NCBI GenBank assembly: GCA_918797485.1 | Contig: CAKKNE010000001.1 | Span: forward strand, 3,038,001-3,102,000 | Direction of reading: 5' to 3' | Length of the DNA: 64,000 nt | DNA from: Pelagomonas calceolata | Lineage: Eukaryota | In this document: positions 24,301-35,080 of the stretch, piece after piece | Position numbering within the stretch: position 1 is the stretch's first letter | Layout: every line of letters starts with the position of its first letter | Notes under the pieces: generated by a model | What the model saw: only the letters and a program-made list of their open reading frames with translations | What the model was told of the DNA's origin: nothing | Databases searched by the model: none | Made by a program: the position numbers and the translations under genes

Positions 24301-25102
24301 TTGGTCCGGGAAATCCCCGGCGCCCTTGTTGAGCATGTTGAGCTCGCCGGCCTGCGTGGACTCTCGTGTGACCGCGACGACGGCGCCGCGGCGCCGTGGG
24401 ACGCCATCGACGCGACCCCGGCAACTTATAGTACGATTCAGACGCCGCGTCACGCACCTCGCGCGCGAACTCGAACGCGTCGCCCCAGCGCTTGTCGAAG
24501 AGCGCCCTAGCGGCTCGCGCCGCCTCTTCATCTCTCCTTCTTTTCCCGACGGCGTGCTTCTCCTTGATGATGTCGATGAACACCTGTCGCTTCGCCTTTT
24601 CCTCGGCCCTATTTTTTTGATATTCCGCATTGGCCGCGGCCAAAGCCTTCATGGCGGCCTCGTCCCGAAACGCGATGGGCAGGCCGTGCCTATCCGGAAC
24701 GTGGGGCGCGCACCACGTCACTTGGCTTGGATCGTCGCGTTTCGAGTAAAAAAAGGTCCCGTCCGGGGTCACGTGCTTCTTGTAGGGGTGCCGCTGCAGC
24801 AACTTCATCCGTCTCCCCTTCCGCCAGTTCTTCTGGATGCGTAGAATGGCATCTAGCTCTTGTTCATTACCAGAGACCCAATCCCAGACCATGAGTCGTA
24901 CGGCTTCTTCTTTGTGGACGAACCGCACAGAACCGGCCGTGTCGATGGACCTTCGTCGACTGTGTTTGGACGAGCCCCGGCTCTCCATGGAGGCCCGCGA
25001 CCGTCGTCTACTGTGAGCCTCATCCTGGCTGCCTCTACTGGCTCGGCTGGCGCGGCTCGGCACGCTGCCGCGGCTGACCGGCGGGAGACCGGTGGTCTGC
25101 AT
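21322..25102 (-). CDS. IQ + WW + LRR + coiled-coil + WW protein; exons 25102-24458 and 24351-21322
   Basis: IQKNWR motif; WW-like FFYS..VTWCAP and YWVHRETGVTVWDEP; about 9 LRRs; acidic tail. The intron restores FEFARE-AGELNM. Confidence 0.82.
24352..24457 (-). mobile_element. Intron (GT-AG, 106 nt), repeated-intron family C
   Basis: Shares gtctgaatcgt, gtcgatggcg, gccgtcg.cgcg and tccac.cag with intron 51229-51304. Its ends are imperfect inverted repeats (gtgcgtgac...gtccacgcag). Confidence 0.7.
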
Positions 25103-26166
25103 GGGTGTTTTTTTTATGTTTTTACGAGTGCGGCCATCGTCCGTGCGCCCTTGTGTACAGCTCGTTACGCCCAGCGCTCATCATGTCGTTTTGGGGCTGC
25201 CCCCGCACGCTAGCCGCGCGCTCGGCGAGGCTCGCCACGCCGTCGCCGCGAGGGTTCCACTGCTCGTCGTCCGTCGAAAGTCAATATTCGTCCAGAACGA
25301 ACCAGGATTACATATGTATATTTTTACACGACTTCGACGAGCGAACGACGAAGCGGCGCCGCGGTGTCCTCCCGCGGCGACAGCTTCTGGGGAATTTCAG
25401 CACCGCTTTGGCCGGAGGCCGCGGCGCCGCGTCGGCATCGACCGCGTCGCGATCGCAAGCTCCGCGTGGAGAAAGCTCTGCTCCTCCAACTTTGTGTTGA
25501 TGGTCGTCGGTGTGTCCGACGCCAACTCTAAGCGGGCGACGGCGGTCGCTACGCACAGTAGCAGCGTGGCGAGGAGCTTCATGGCTCGGTTGGGCGCTGG
25601 TCGCCTGCGATGGAGGAATTGAGACCACGGCGCGAGCGCGGGGGGTGGGGGTGGTCCTCTCGTGGGCCGACAACGTCTGTCGCCCCGGCCGCGGCCGCCC
25701 CAAGCCCGCAGCACTTTTTCCTTCTATGGGTGATTGTGTCTCTGCTGAGCCGCCGCAGCTGCTCGCAAGCGGGCGTTGCGGCGGCTACACCATGATTGCT
25801 TCTCCGAAGCTACCGTTTATGTTTATCGACGCCGGCGCTGTGCGTTTGCGCTCCGATTAGCTCAGAGCATCAAACCGGCCGCCACTGAAGCTCCAAGTTC
25901 GAAGCCCCGGCCAAAGCCTCCCAGCACGCGTCAATCACCAACGCGAAGGCTGCCGGGGCGTCTGAGCAGCCAACAAGAGCAGGACGGAGTTCAACCATGC
26001 CCTGGAGCTGAGGCAGACTGCAGGGCAAAAAAGTCGCTCATTCATCGACATTTGTGGCTGTGTGAGGCAGCAGGTGTGCTCAATCAGGTCACGGTGGGCA
26101 CCGGTGAAGCGCTGAGGCCACGACAAGCGGTGCAACTTTGAGCATCTCCCAGCACACCACTGAGAG

Positions 26167-26230
26167 CACCACCTTGACACGCAGCATACGCGTCGCAACA
26201 CCACCGTGACACGCAGCATACGCGTCGCAA
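26167..26230 (+). repeat. 32-nt tandem duplication (1 mismatch) immediately before the FKBP start codon
   Basis: caccac[ct/cg]tgacacgcagcatacgcgtcgcaa x2. Confidence 0.9.
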
Positions 26231-26232
26231 CC

Positions 26233-26790
26233 ATGCGCGCCGCCTGCCTATGTATTGCCATTTCATCGGTGCAAGCTCTTGCCCCCACAGCAAAGCGACG
26301 GGACGTCGGCGCATTTTTGGGAGGCGCCGCGCTCACCACACTCGCGCCGCGCCCCGCACTAGCAGATGTCAAGGTCGACCCCAACTCCGTAAGAACGACC
26401 AAAGGCGGCGCGAAATATGTGATAGTCAAGGAAGGTAGTTGCCCCCTCATCGACCCGAGCGGCGCGCTCGGCAGCTGCTACCCACGCCCCGAGTCGTACA
26501 TCACGATCGACTACACTGGCTTCCTGCCCAATGGCCAGGTCTTCGATTCGACAGAAAAGAAGGGCGGCAAGCCCCTCTCCTTCCGCCTGGGCGAGCGCCA
26601 GGTCGTTCCTGGGATTGAGCAAGTGGTGGCTCAGATGAAGCCCGGGGAGGAGGTCCAGGCGCTCTTGCCGGCATCACTAGCTTACGGCGACAAGGGCGTC
26701 TGCACGGACGACGGCGAGTGCCTCATCAAGCCCGGGACGAACCTGAAGTACTTCATCCGGCTGAACCGGGTCGCGGCGGCGGCGGGGTAG
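26233..26790 (+). CDS. FKBP-type peptidyl-prolyl isomerase, probably thylakoid lumen
   Basis: YTGFLPNGQVFDS, QVVPGIE and LAYG motifs; signal peptide followed by KRR...ALA (Tat-like). Confidence 0.9.
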   Translation: MRAACLCIAISSVQALAPTAKRRDVGAFLGGAALTTLAPRPALADVKVDPNSVRTTKGGAKYVIVKEGSCPLIDPSGALGSCYPRPESYITIDYTGFLPNGQVFDSTEKKGGKPLSFRLGERQVVPGIEQVVAQMKPGEEVQALLPASLAYGDKGVCTDDGECLIKPGTNLKYFIRLNRVAAAAG

Positions 26791-26810
26791 GGGTAAGGTC
26801 CGTCGTGAAA

Positions 26811-27191
26811 CTACTTACTAGGTGCAAGGTAGCGAAACCGCACGGCCGTGCCGACGAGCAAGACTGAGGCCGCGCCGAACGCCGCGTCCGAGCCGGCCGC
26901 GGCCGCGAGGGCTCCGAAGCCCGCCGAGCCCGTGAGAAGCCCGAGGTCGCCGCAGACGCGGAGCAATGCCAGGGCGCCCGCCCGCTCCTCCTCCGGCACC
27001 GCGTTCGCGGCGGCCGCCGTGGGCGCCGAGCCCAGGACGCAGGACCCCAATCCCTGCACCGCCATCGCCACTGCGACGAACTCGTAGCCGTGGTGGGACG
27101 CCCACGGCAGGTAGGCGAACGCCCCGGCCGTCGCGAGCAGTGCCGGGACGATGATGTTCGACGGCCCAAGCTTGTCCGCCACTTTCGCCAC
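26811..27191 (-). pseudogene. C-terminal part of an MFS-type transporter, apparently 5'-truncated
   Basis: ADKLG motif and ERAGALALLR..GDLG with 4 hydrophobic helices. No ATG and no room for the N-terminal half before the neighbouring gene ends at 27433. Confidence 0.5.
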
Positions 27192-27432
27192 TGGTCTCCT
27201 CCAAGCTTTTTTGCAAAGTTTGCAGTCGTTTCGAAGCCAGCGCGCGGCGCGGCGCGGCGCGGCAATTATCGGCTATATCTTCAATGAATGAGCCGCCGTA
27301 ACAATCTCGTTTTTTACATGAAAACTTGGTGCCAAACAAAGCAGGTTGCTTTGCTAAATCCTGAGCGAGGAGGGTGGGAGGGGGCATGCGAGGGGAGAGC
27401 ACTCATACACCCAGACCACTCCAATAAGAACT

Positions 27433-30400
27433 TTAGTCCCCCGCGAACTGGTCCACGAACTGTTGTCCTGCGACGTCGAAGCCCGGCACCGCGCCGCGGA
27501 AGGACCCCTTCGTATTCTTCGTGCGGCCTTCACTGAACCCCCCCTTGCCGACGCCGGCCTTCGGGGCAGCCTTCGTATAGGGCGCGTGGTTGCCGATGGA
27601 CGCCGAGCTGGGCTTCGGCGTCCGCGCCAGCGCCCTCCTTTCCCGCTCGAGCCGCTTGTTTCGCTCGTCGCCGTGGATCCGCGCAGCTCTAGGAGGCTTC
27701 TCCATGACTGCTTGATCGCGCGCCCGCGACGCGTTCATCTGCAACAGTATCGACCGCCGCTCCTGGGCCAACGCCAAAGCCCGCGCCTCCACCCGCCTCA
27801 AATTGTCGTCCAGGGACCCGTACCTCGCTTCCGCGTCGGCCCGCAACCCAAGCCGCCGCTCCTCGGCGATACGAGAGGCATTTAACCGGTTCCAGGCCTG
27901 CTGGTCCGCCTCGATCTCCGCCCTCCGATACTGATCCGTCGGCGGCGGCGGCGGGCCTCGTTCCGCCGCGTCCCGCAGATCCGCCTCGAGGTTCTTCTTC
28001 TCGGCTCTTGTCAATGGTGGAGGCGCCTCCCGATGCAGTTGGGCGTCGGCGCGCGCGTCCGCCGCCTGCGCCATGGCGACTTCCCTCATGACAACTTCCA
28101 CGGACGGCTTTGGTCTTCTACGTAACGCGCTCCGCGCCACAACGGTCGCCCTCGATTGGATCCAGAACTGCGCTAATTTGGTCGGCCACTTGGCCCGGCC
28201 TCTTGAATGAGCACAAGTGAGAGCATGCGCCGGCGCATCTACCGCGGCGCACGTCGCGTCGCAATAGTACACTTCATCACACAAAGCGCACTTCGCCATG
28301 GGCGTGCCGTCGGACCCGTAAAAGCTCCGGATGCCACACGCCGCACATTGGGCGACAGCTAAATTCTGGGGCACGCTGTCATCGTTTTGTCTTGGGGCGT
28401 CATCATCATACAGCGCCGTTCTTCCTCGCATCTCCTCGTGGATAACTTTACCTTTGACGCCGAAGTTCGCCAGTCTCGATTCTTTGGTCCTGTAGATGTC
28501 CCGCAACGCGCGTCGTATTTTCGCGTTTTCTCGGCGCCGTTCCTTGTCCTCGCGTTTCCGGATGATCGCCGTGTGGCAGTGCCTCGGCGCTTTTATGTGT
28601 CGAAAGTCCAACACCCCTTTGACGTTCCGGATCTTCTCAGATAGTTGTTTGTTGCGCTTATCCACCAGATCCTGGCGTCTTTTGCGATCCTTCGTGCGCG
28701 CGTTCGAGATGACTCTCCCTCGTATAGGTACCGGCACTTGATAGATGTCGCCCGATCCTCTACGTCTACTTTTGGCTTCTTCAAGAGCACGAATGAACGC
28801 GACGTAGAACGTTAACGAGCGAGGATCCGATACGTCCGCGAGCCTGCCGAGGTCGGCCTCGACCCTCGCTGAAACTACTGAAGGTTCATGTAGCATCGGT
28901 GTGCATAAGGGCGTGGACGAGAAAGCATCATCATTCACGATAGCCTTGCGAGAAACGGGCCCGGCGCTGTTGAAGACTCGACACGTCACTTCCAATCGAG
29001 ACCCGCCGAGGTCGGCCTTGACGACCCTAACTTGCGAAGGATCGACGTCACATCGGGATGATAAACGATCCCTGATCCCATCATCAATTTCTATAGCTAG
29101 CGAAGGGTCTTCATCTAACGCTATCAACAGTTTGTTCGCATCGAGCTGGCACTCAAAAACCACTTCGACGGAACTACAGTTCCGGTGGTGCTTCGTGAGC
29201 TTCTCTGTACTTTCAAAAGCTCTTCGACAGAAGACGCAACTCGGCCGCGTCCGCTCGAAGATCCTCAATGCCTCTTCTGAATAAGCGTCGCGGTCGGCCT
29301 TGGGCGTGACGCGCGTCGGCATCGGCAATGAAGGTGGTGTTGGTGGCACAACCTCGTCTTCGCTCTCCGACGAGTCGCCGAAGCACAGGTCGTGCTTCCT
29401 TCGTGTTGTGTTATTCTCGCGGAGCCACCTCTGATAACATTTCGGGACGTGCAGAGCCAGGGACGCGAGTAGACACCGCCGCCCACAGAGGTAGCAGTGG
29501 ACGCCCTTGCGGTCCTGGACTTCTTCTTCCTGCACAACGGGTTCCGGGAGACACTTGTCGCACTTCGACATATGCCTCTTAAGCTTTTCTTCTCCAGTCA
29601 AGCCCATCTCAAACACTAAACCGCACCCAGTACACTTGGGCTGGGCTTTACACGCTTTGCAATGGGCAGCCAACTTCCCGGGATCCGCAAAGGTCCGGTC
29701 GCAGGTCGGGCAGCGGTTCGGCGCATTCATCTGATAGTACCGCTCGGCCGCCTCCGAGTAGGCTTTCAAGGCGTCAGATGCGGCCGCGGGCCCCGGCAGG
29801 CGGCACCATCCTTTCGAAGGGAGCGGCCTCCTCCAGGCCGTCGGCCGGTAGCTTTCTCTCCGTAACCAGCGCTTCCTACAACTCAAAACGTGGTCCCGGA
29901 TCGACTTTTCTGATTCTCTCGTAGAGCCGCAACAATAGCACATGCGGATGATTCTTCTAGATGAATCCTCCGCCTCGACGTCGTCCTCGAAGTCGTCACC
30001 GTAGTCATCTTCATCAGACTCGTCACTCGCCTCATCATCTACAACGTCATTGTCCCCGAACTCACAAACGGCGGGAGCCGGTGGCGGCGCGTTCTGGAGA
30101 GAAGCTTGTTTTTCATCTTCAACGGCGTAGAAGCGTCGCAAACAGCTCCGGAAGTGGAACGGCAACGACCGCGGGTGCAGCACGTGCCGCCCGCACAGAT
30201 GACAACATACGCCACCTTTCGACGACACGGGCTGGCCCAGATCCTTCTCGAGGGCTCGTAAACGCTTCCGTTCGAGGCGCTCGTACAGTAACTGAGAGCA
30301 GCAGCTCCGCATGTGTTGTTCGAGCTTCGCTTCACTTTCAAAAGTTCTGCCACACCGCTCGGCGGGGCACATGTTCTGGGCATCGGTGTTGAATTGCCTG

Positions 30401-32856
30401 GCGACGGCGGCGTTCCATAGCGTGATTTCTTCCCTTGAGGACGAAGAGGTAGGAACTTCGAAACCTTCGGGCGGCTTCACAGTTATGGTAGTGCCGTCGA
30501 TGGCGCGCTGCGCTTCATAGCGCGCCTTGCACCCCTGGACATGGAACCCGAAGCCCGCGAGCGTGGCGCAGGTCTTGCCGCACACATAACATTTCGGGGA
30601 CAGGTCGTGCGGCCTTCCCACCACATCTTCCTCCTCCTCTTTGGACGCCTCGGCCATGAGCTCGGGGCAGCACTTCTTCGCGTGCTTATCCCTAGCTTCC
30701 GGGTCACTGAAAGTTCTCTCACAACCATAACACTTGACCAATGAAAGTTTCTTGTGCAAAGCTAGTGCTATCTCCTCGTACTGCTCCCGCCGTACGACAT
30801 CATCCTGGGGCGGGGGCCACAGATCACTCGGCGGGAACTCGAGAACTCTTTGAGCTTTCACAGGCAATTTTTCGTTGCACTGCGTCCATCGCGCGGCGCA
30901 CGCCCGCGTGTGCCGGCCTAGACCCGCCGTCCCGAAGCGCTTGCCGCAGATGAAACATAGAGTGGTAGGGTCCCTCGCGCCGGACTCCGTCCTCGCAAAG
31001 ACTGTCGACGTTTTGACCTCCTCGCCCTCACATAACTTTGATAATTCGGCGGGGCAGCACCTTTTTACATGGCCCTTCAAAGCTTGTAATTTCTCAAACC
31101 CGCGCCCGCAGCCCGGGCAACTTAATACATTTCGTTCCTGCTTCACGGCCGCGTTCCACTCATCTAGCGCCTTGCCCGGCTTCGTCGGTAGCGGTAGGTC
31201 CGGCCAGCACGGCGCCATCTGCCTCTCCGACACGGGTTTCAAGGCTTCTTCGGCTTCGAACTGCTGCTTGCACGCGTCCAGGTGCTTGAGGAAGGACCCG
31301 AGCAGACACCGTCGCCCGCAGATGGGGCAGAGCGCCGCCGCGTCATCAACTTTCCTAGACTCCTCCGGTACATTTATGATGTTCTTCTCCCCCTGGCAGC
31401 GCCGCGCGTGCTTGTCCCGCGTCTCACGCTCGGCGAAGGTCCGTCCGCAGAACTCGCACCCGAAGTGCGAGGACGTCCCAAAAACTTGCGTGGCCGCGTT
31501 ATTCCAGGTTTCTAGTAATAGTTTGGCGGCCGCGTCGGCGGCTCGTGACGCATGTTCATCCTCGACATCCCGAAACTCCTCGTCCGGCTTCCTACCACGC
31601 CTCCGGTAGAAATCCGTACCTAGGGGCGGCATATCGACCGAAGGACACGTCGGCACGGGCCGCATGTCCTCGCCCAACGGTCGGTTCCTCTCGAACAGCT
31701 CCCACCGCGCCGTGCACCGCCGGACATGCCTCCTCAAAGAATTCACCAGACAAGCCTTGCCGCAGACGTAGCAAGTCGCGCCGAAGGCTTCTTGGATAGG
31801 GTCCGCCCTCATGGCGCCTTCTCTGGTTTCATGCCATGCTATTTGATCATCAGTAGACTTCCGGGACACTTCTACGACTTCGTCTCCGGTCAGCCCGGCG
31901 CACCGCCGCTCATGCTTCTCCCTTGTTACAGGATCGACGAATTTCCGACCGCAGACGCCGCACTGCGCGGACGCGCCTCGCCTCGACGCTTCGACGTAGA
32001 TGCTTCCACATAAACGGTTGTACGCGTTCAACGCGGCCCGGTGCGCCTTCACCGATTCTTGATCGAGCAGGTCCTCCTCGACGGGCCGCCACGGCGGCTG
32101 TTCCGGGCAGGGCCGCCTCTCGTCAAGGGGCCGCGCGTTTTCCGCGCGGCGCCACCTCCCTTCGCACGCCTCGGCGTGGCTCTCGAGGCCGTGCGGCAGC
32201 GTCGCCGAGCCGCAGAACACGCAGACCGCGGCGCGCGTGCCGACGCCCGCGAGGATTTTTGCGACGGCTGGGTCCGGGTCCGACAGATACCGCGTTTTGA
32301 TGGACTCGGTTCTTTCAGATACGGCCCACGACTCGGCGCCCGTGATGGCCGGCCGCGCGGCCTGCTTGTCCTCGGGCTCGCCGAACTTCAGGCCTCGATC
32401 CGTGACGCCGACGCACCGCTTCGCGTGGGCGTCGCGCGCCGCGACGCTCGCGAAGCGCCGGTCGCAGTGTAAACATTTGGGAAGGGACGCCTCGAAGGCC
32501 TGTCTAGCAGCGACGTTCCAGGCCCGGATGTGGCTCGTATCCGTAGGATCCGTCGGCGGCGCGACGGACGGCCGCGTCGGGAGTAAGGTGGACGCGTCGA
32601 GGCGGTGCGCCGCGCGCGCGGCGCGCTCGCACTTCTTGAGGTGCGGAGCCAAGGACGCCGGCGTCAGCACGCGCTGGCCGCAGACGTAGCAGAGCACGCG
32701 GCCGCGCGCGTCGTCGACGTCGTCCTCGGTCCTGGGCGGCGGCCGTTTCGCTTCGCTCCGGGCCCGGCCGACGCAGACGGCGAGGTGGCTGCCGAGCGCC
32801 GCGTCGGTGGCGAAGATGGCCGAGCAGACGGGGCATTGACGCTCGTCGTCCGCCAT
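27433..32856 (-). CDS. Large multi-C2HC zinc-finger protein (ZNF474-like paired fingers) with a C-terminal MYND finger
   Basis: About 9 modules of CxxCG..L..H...C / Pro linker / WN..A / CxxCxRxF..H...C, followed by CAAC..CALC..YCDATC...H...C. Confidence 0.8.
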   Translation of the reverse strand: MADDERQCPVCSAIFATDAALGSHLAVCVGRARSEAKRPPPRTEDDVDDARGRVLCYVCGQRVLTPASLAPHLKKCERAARAAHRLDASTLLPTRPSVAPPTDPTDTSHIRAWNVAARQAFEASLPKCLHCDRRFASVAARDAHAKRCVGVTDRGLKFGEPEDKQAARPAITGAESWAVSERTESIKTRYLSDPDPAVAKILAGVGTRAAVCVFCGSATLPHGLESHAEACEGRWRRAENARPLDERRPCPEQPPWRPVEEDLLDQESVKAHRAALNAYNRLCGSIYVEASRRGASAQCGVCGRKFVDPVTREKHERRCAGLTGDEVVEVSRKSTDDQIAWHETREGAMRADPIQEAFGATCYVCGKACLVNSLRRHVRRCTARWELFERNRPLGEDMRPVPTCPSVDMPPLGTDFYRRRGRKPDEEFRDVEDEHASRAADAAAKLLLETWNNAATQVFGTSSHFGCEFCGRTFAERETRDKHARRCQGEKNIINVPEESRKVDDAAALCPICGRRCLLGSFLKHLDACKQQFEAEEALKPVSERQMAPCWPDLPLPTKPGKALDEWNAAVKQERNVLSCPGCGRGFEKLQALKGHVKRCCPAELSKLCEGEEVKTSTVFARTESGARDPTTLCFICGKRFGTAGLGRHTRACAARWTQCNEKLPVKAQRVLEFPPSDLWPPPQDDVVRREQYEEIALALHKKLSLVKCYGCERTFSDPEARDKHAKKCCPELMAEASKEEEEDVVGRPHDLSPKCYVCGKTCATLAGFGFHVQGCKARYEAQRAIDGTTITVKPPEGFEVPTSSSSREEITLWNAAVARQFNTDAQNMCPAERCGRTFESEAKLEQHMRSCCSQLLYERLERKRLRALEKDLGQPVSSKGGVCCHLCGRHVLHPRSLPFHFRSCLRRFYAVEDEKQASLQNAPPPAPAVCEFGDNDVVDDEASDESDEDDYGDDFEDDVEAEDSSRRIIRMCYCCGSTRESEKSIRDHVLSCRKRWLRRESYRPTAWRRPLPSKGWCRLPGPAAASDALKAYSEAAERYYQMNAPNRCPTCDRTFADPGKLAAHCKACKAQPKCTGCGLVFEMGLTGEEKLKRHMSKCDKCLPEPVVQEEEVQDRKGVHCYLCGRRCLLASLALHVPKCYQRWLRENNTTRRKHDLCFGDSSESEDEVVPPTPPSLPMPTRVTPKADRDAYSEEALRIFERTRPSCVFCRRAFESTEKLTKHHRNCSSVEVVFECQLDANKLLIALDEDPSLAIEIDDGIRDRLSSRCDVDPSQVRVVKADLGGSRLEVTCRVFNSAGPVSRKAIVNDDAFSSTPLCTPMLHEPSVVSARVEADLGRLADVSDPRSLTFYVAFIRALEEAKSRRRGSGDIYQVPVPIRGRVISNARTKDRKRRQDLVDKRNKQLSEKIRNVKGVLDFRHIKAPRHCHTAIIRKREDKERRRENAKIRRALRDIYRTKESRLANFGVKGKVIHEEMRGRTALYDDDAPRQNDDSVPQNLAVAQCAACGIRSFYGSDGTPMAKCALCDEVYYCDATCAAVDAPAHALTCAHSRGRAKWPTKLAQFWIQSRATVVARSALRRRPKPSVEVVMREVAMAQAADARADAQLHREAPPPLTRAEKKNLEADLRDAAERGPPPPPTDQYRRAEIEADQQAWNRLNASRIAEERRLGLRADAEARYGSLDDNLRRVEARALALAQERRSILLQMNASRARDQAVMEKPPRAARIHGDERNKRLERERRALARTPKPSSASIGNHAPYTKAAPKAGVGKGGFSEGRTKNTKGSFRGAVPGFDVAGQQFVDQFAGD

Positions 32857-33282
32857 CGTTCACCTACTTGGTGCCCCAGGAATCGGTCCGATGCCAACGC
32901 TTCCGTCGCTGGGGCCGCACGTCTCGTATCCCGTCGCGCTGCGCGAAGCGGGCAGCCGTGCGGCTCGGCACAGTTCGTGCAGCAGGACCAACCGGCGGTG
33001 CCGGCTCCAGCAAAACCTGGCTAGTGTGCTAGAGTGCAACGAGGGAAACATCCGTCGGGGGCGCCGGGCAGGAGTGCTGCTCGCACCCCACACATATCAT
33101 TTTTTCACAACCCGCGCGCAATATTCCGGCTGGATTGCTTGGGGCAGCTTGTGGGCAGCTTCATTGGCCGCAAGCCCACGCCGCGCCAGTAGAAGCTGCA
33201 GTGCGGGTCCCGGCTCGAGCCTGCACGCCAGTGAAAGATAGGCAGCCGCCAGGTGCATTGAGGCAGCCCCTTACAGGCAGCG

Positions 33283-35064
33283 ATGGGCTGCTGTCTATCA
33301 TTGGGCAACGCCGCTCTGCTGTATGACGCCTGCGAGAAGGGCAAGGTCGCCCTGGCGCGGGTGTTGCTGGACAATGGCGCGGAGGTCGACCGGGCGTGCG
33401 AGGACGGTCGGACGCCGCTCTACATCGCCTGCCAGCAGGGCCACGTCGACGTGGCGCGGCTATTGTTGGAGCGCGGGGCCGTGGTCGACAGCAGCGCCCT
33501 CTGTGAAGGCGACACGGTAGAAGCAAAGTATCGAGGCCGGAGATATTATCCCGGAAAGATCAGCCGGGACTGCGGCGAGGGAAAGTATGACATCGCTTAC
33601 GACGACGGAGACAGGGAGAGGGGCGTCGAGGCGCGGCTCATCCGCAAGCTATTACTCTCACCGCTGTACATCGCCTGCAAGAACGGCCACGTCGACGCTG
33701 TGCGGTTGTTGCTGGACAACGGCGCGGAGGTGGACCGGGCGGATAAGGACGGCGCGACGCCGCTGTACATCGCCTGCCAGCAGGGCCACGTCGACGTGGC
33801 GCGGCTATTGTTGGAGCGCGGGACCGTTCTCGACGAACACGGCAGCAGCGCCCTCTACGAAGGCGCTGCGGTAGAGGTTAGGTATCGAGGCCGCGAGAGA
33901 TACTACCCTGGAAAAATCAGCCGCAACTGCGGCGAGGGAAAGTACGACATCGCTTACGACGATGGAGACAGGGAGAGGGGCGTCGAGGCGCGGCTCATCC
34001 GCAAGCTATCACTCTCACCGCTGTACATCGCCTGCAAGAACGGCCACGTCGACGCTGCGCGGCTGTTGCTGGACATCGGCGCGGAGGTCAATTGGGCGAA
34101 CAAGAACGGTCACACGCCGCTATTCGTCGCATGTGAGCACGGCCACATTGACGCGGCGCGGCTCTTGCTGGAGAAAGGCGCAGAGAAAAAACGGGCGAGT
34201 AAGAACGGAGAGACGCCGCTGTGGATCGCCTGCCAGAAAGGCCACTTCGCCGTCGCGACGCTGTTGCTGGACAACGGCGCGGCGGTCGACCGGGCGGACA
34301 AGAACGGTCAAACGCCGCTGTACGCCGCCTGCCGGGAGGGCCACGTCAACGCGGCGCGGCTGGTGCTGGAGAAAGGCGCGGAGGTCGATCGGGCGAGGAA
34401 GAACGGCGAGACGCCGCTGTGGATCGCCTGCCAGAAAGGCCACTTCGCCGTCGCGACGCTGTTGCTGGACAACGGCGCGGCGGTCGACCGGGCGAATAAG
34501 AACGGCAGGACGCCACTGTCCATCGCAAAGCAAAACTGCCACTCGTACATCGTCGGGCTCCTCGAGGAACATCTTTACCCGCTGCTTGCCGCCGCCAAGA
34601 CCGGCGACGTCGACGCGATGGCACGGCTCCTCGACGGCGGCGCCGAAATCAACCAGGCGACGGAGAACGGCACGACGCCACTATGGACCGCCTGCGAAAA
34701 CGGCCACGTCGACGCGGCGCGGATGTTACTGGACAAGGGCGCAGAGATTGACCGGGCGAACGACGAAGGCTCGACGCCACTGGACATTGCGAAGCGTCGG
34801 CAACATCACGCACTCGTCGCGTTGCTCGAGCATCACCTAGCACGCGCACGACCGCGCCTCCAACGGCAGCAGTCGGACGTCCAGTGCTCTATCTGCCTCG
34901 AGCCGTACAGCGACCGCGCGTGGACGAAATGCAACCACAGTTTCTGCCGCGAGTGCATCACGCGAGTGTGTCGGACGAACCCGCCGGCGAATCGAGCCCC
35001 GTGTCCGTTTTGCAGGCAGCCCGTGCTCTTGCGCGAGATCAAGAGACGACCATACGAATACTAG
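33283..35064 (+). CDS. Ankyrin-repeat protein with two Tudor-like inserts and a C-terminal C3HC4 RING
   Basis: TPLxIAC..GH repeats; YYPGKISR.CGEGKYDIAYDDGDRERGV twice; CSIC..CNHSFCREC..CPFC. Confidence 0.9.
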   Translation: MGCCLSLGNAALLYDACEKGKVALARVLLDNGAEVDRACEDGRTPLYIACQQGHVDVARLLLERGAVVDSSALCEGDTVEAKYRGRRYYPGKISRDCGEGKYDIAYDDGDRERGVEARLIRKLLLSPLYIACKNGHVDAVRLLLDNGAEVDRADKDGATPLYIACQQGHVDVARLLLERGTVLDEHGSSALYEGAAVEVRYRGRERYYPGKISRNCGEGKYDIAYDDGDRERGVEARLIRKLSLSPLYIACKNGHVDAARLLLDIGAEVNWANKNGHTPLFVACEHGHIDAARLLLEKGAEKKRASKNGETPLWIACQKGHFAVATLLLDNGAAVDRADKNGQTPLYAACREGHVNAARLVLEKGAEVDRARKNGETPLWIACQKGHFAVATLLLDNGAAVDRANKNGRTPLSIAKQNCHSYIVGLLEEHLYPLLAAAKTGDVDAMARLLDGGAEINQATENGTTPLWTACENGHVDAARMLLDKGAEIDRANDEGSTPLDIAKRRQHHALVALLEHHLARARPRLQRQQSDVQCSICLEPYSDRAWTKCNHSFCRECITRVCRTNPPANRAPCPFCRQPVLLREIKRRPYEY

Positions 35065-35080
35065 TAAGTATTATTCATAA

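Noticed and set aside
25397..25582. Small minus-strand ORF with a signal-peptide-like start (MKLLATLLLCVATAVA)
   Set aside because: Only 61 aa with no recognisable domain. It could be a degraded gene, but the sequence alone does not support a call.
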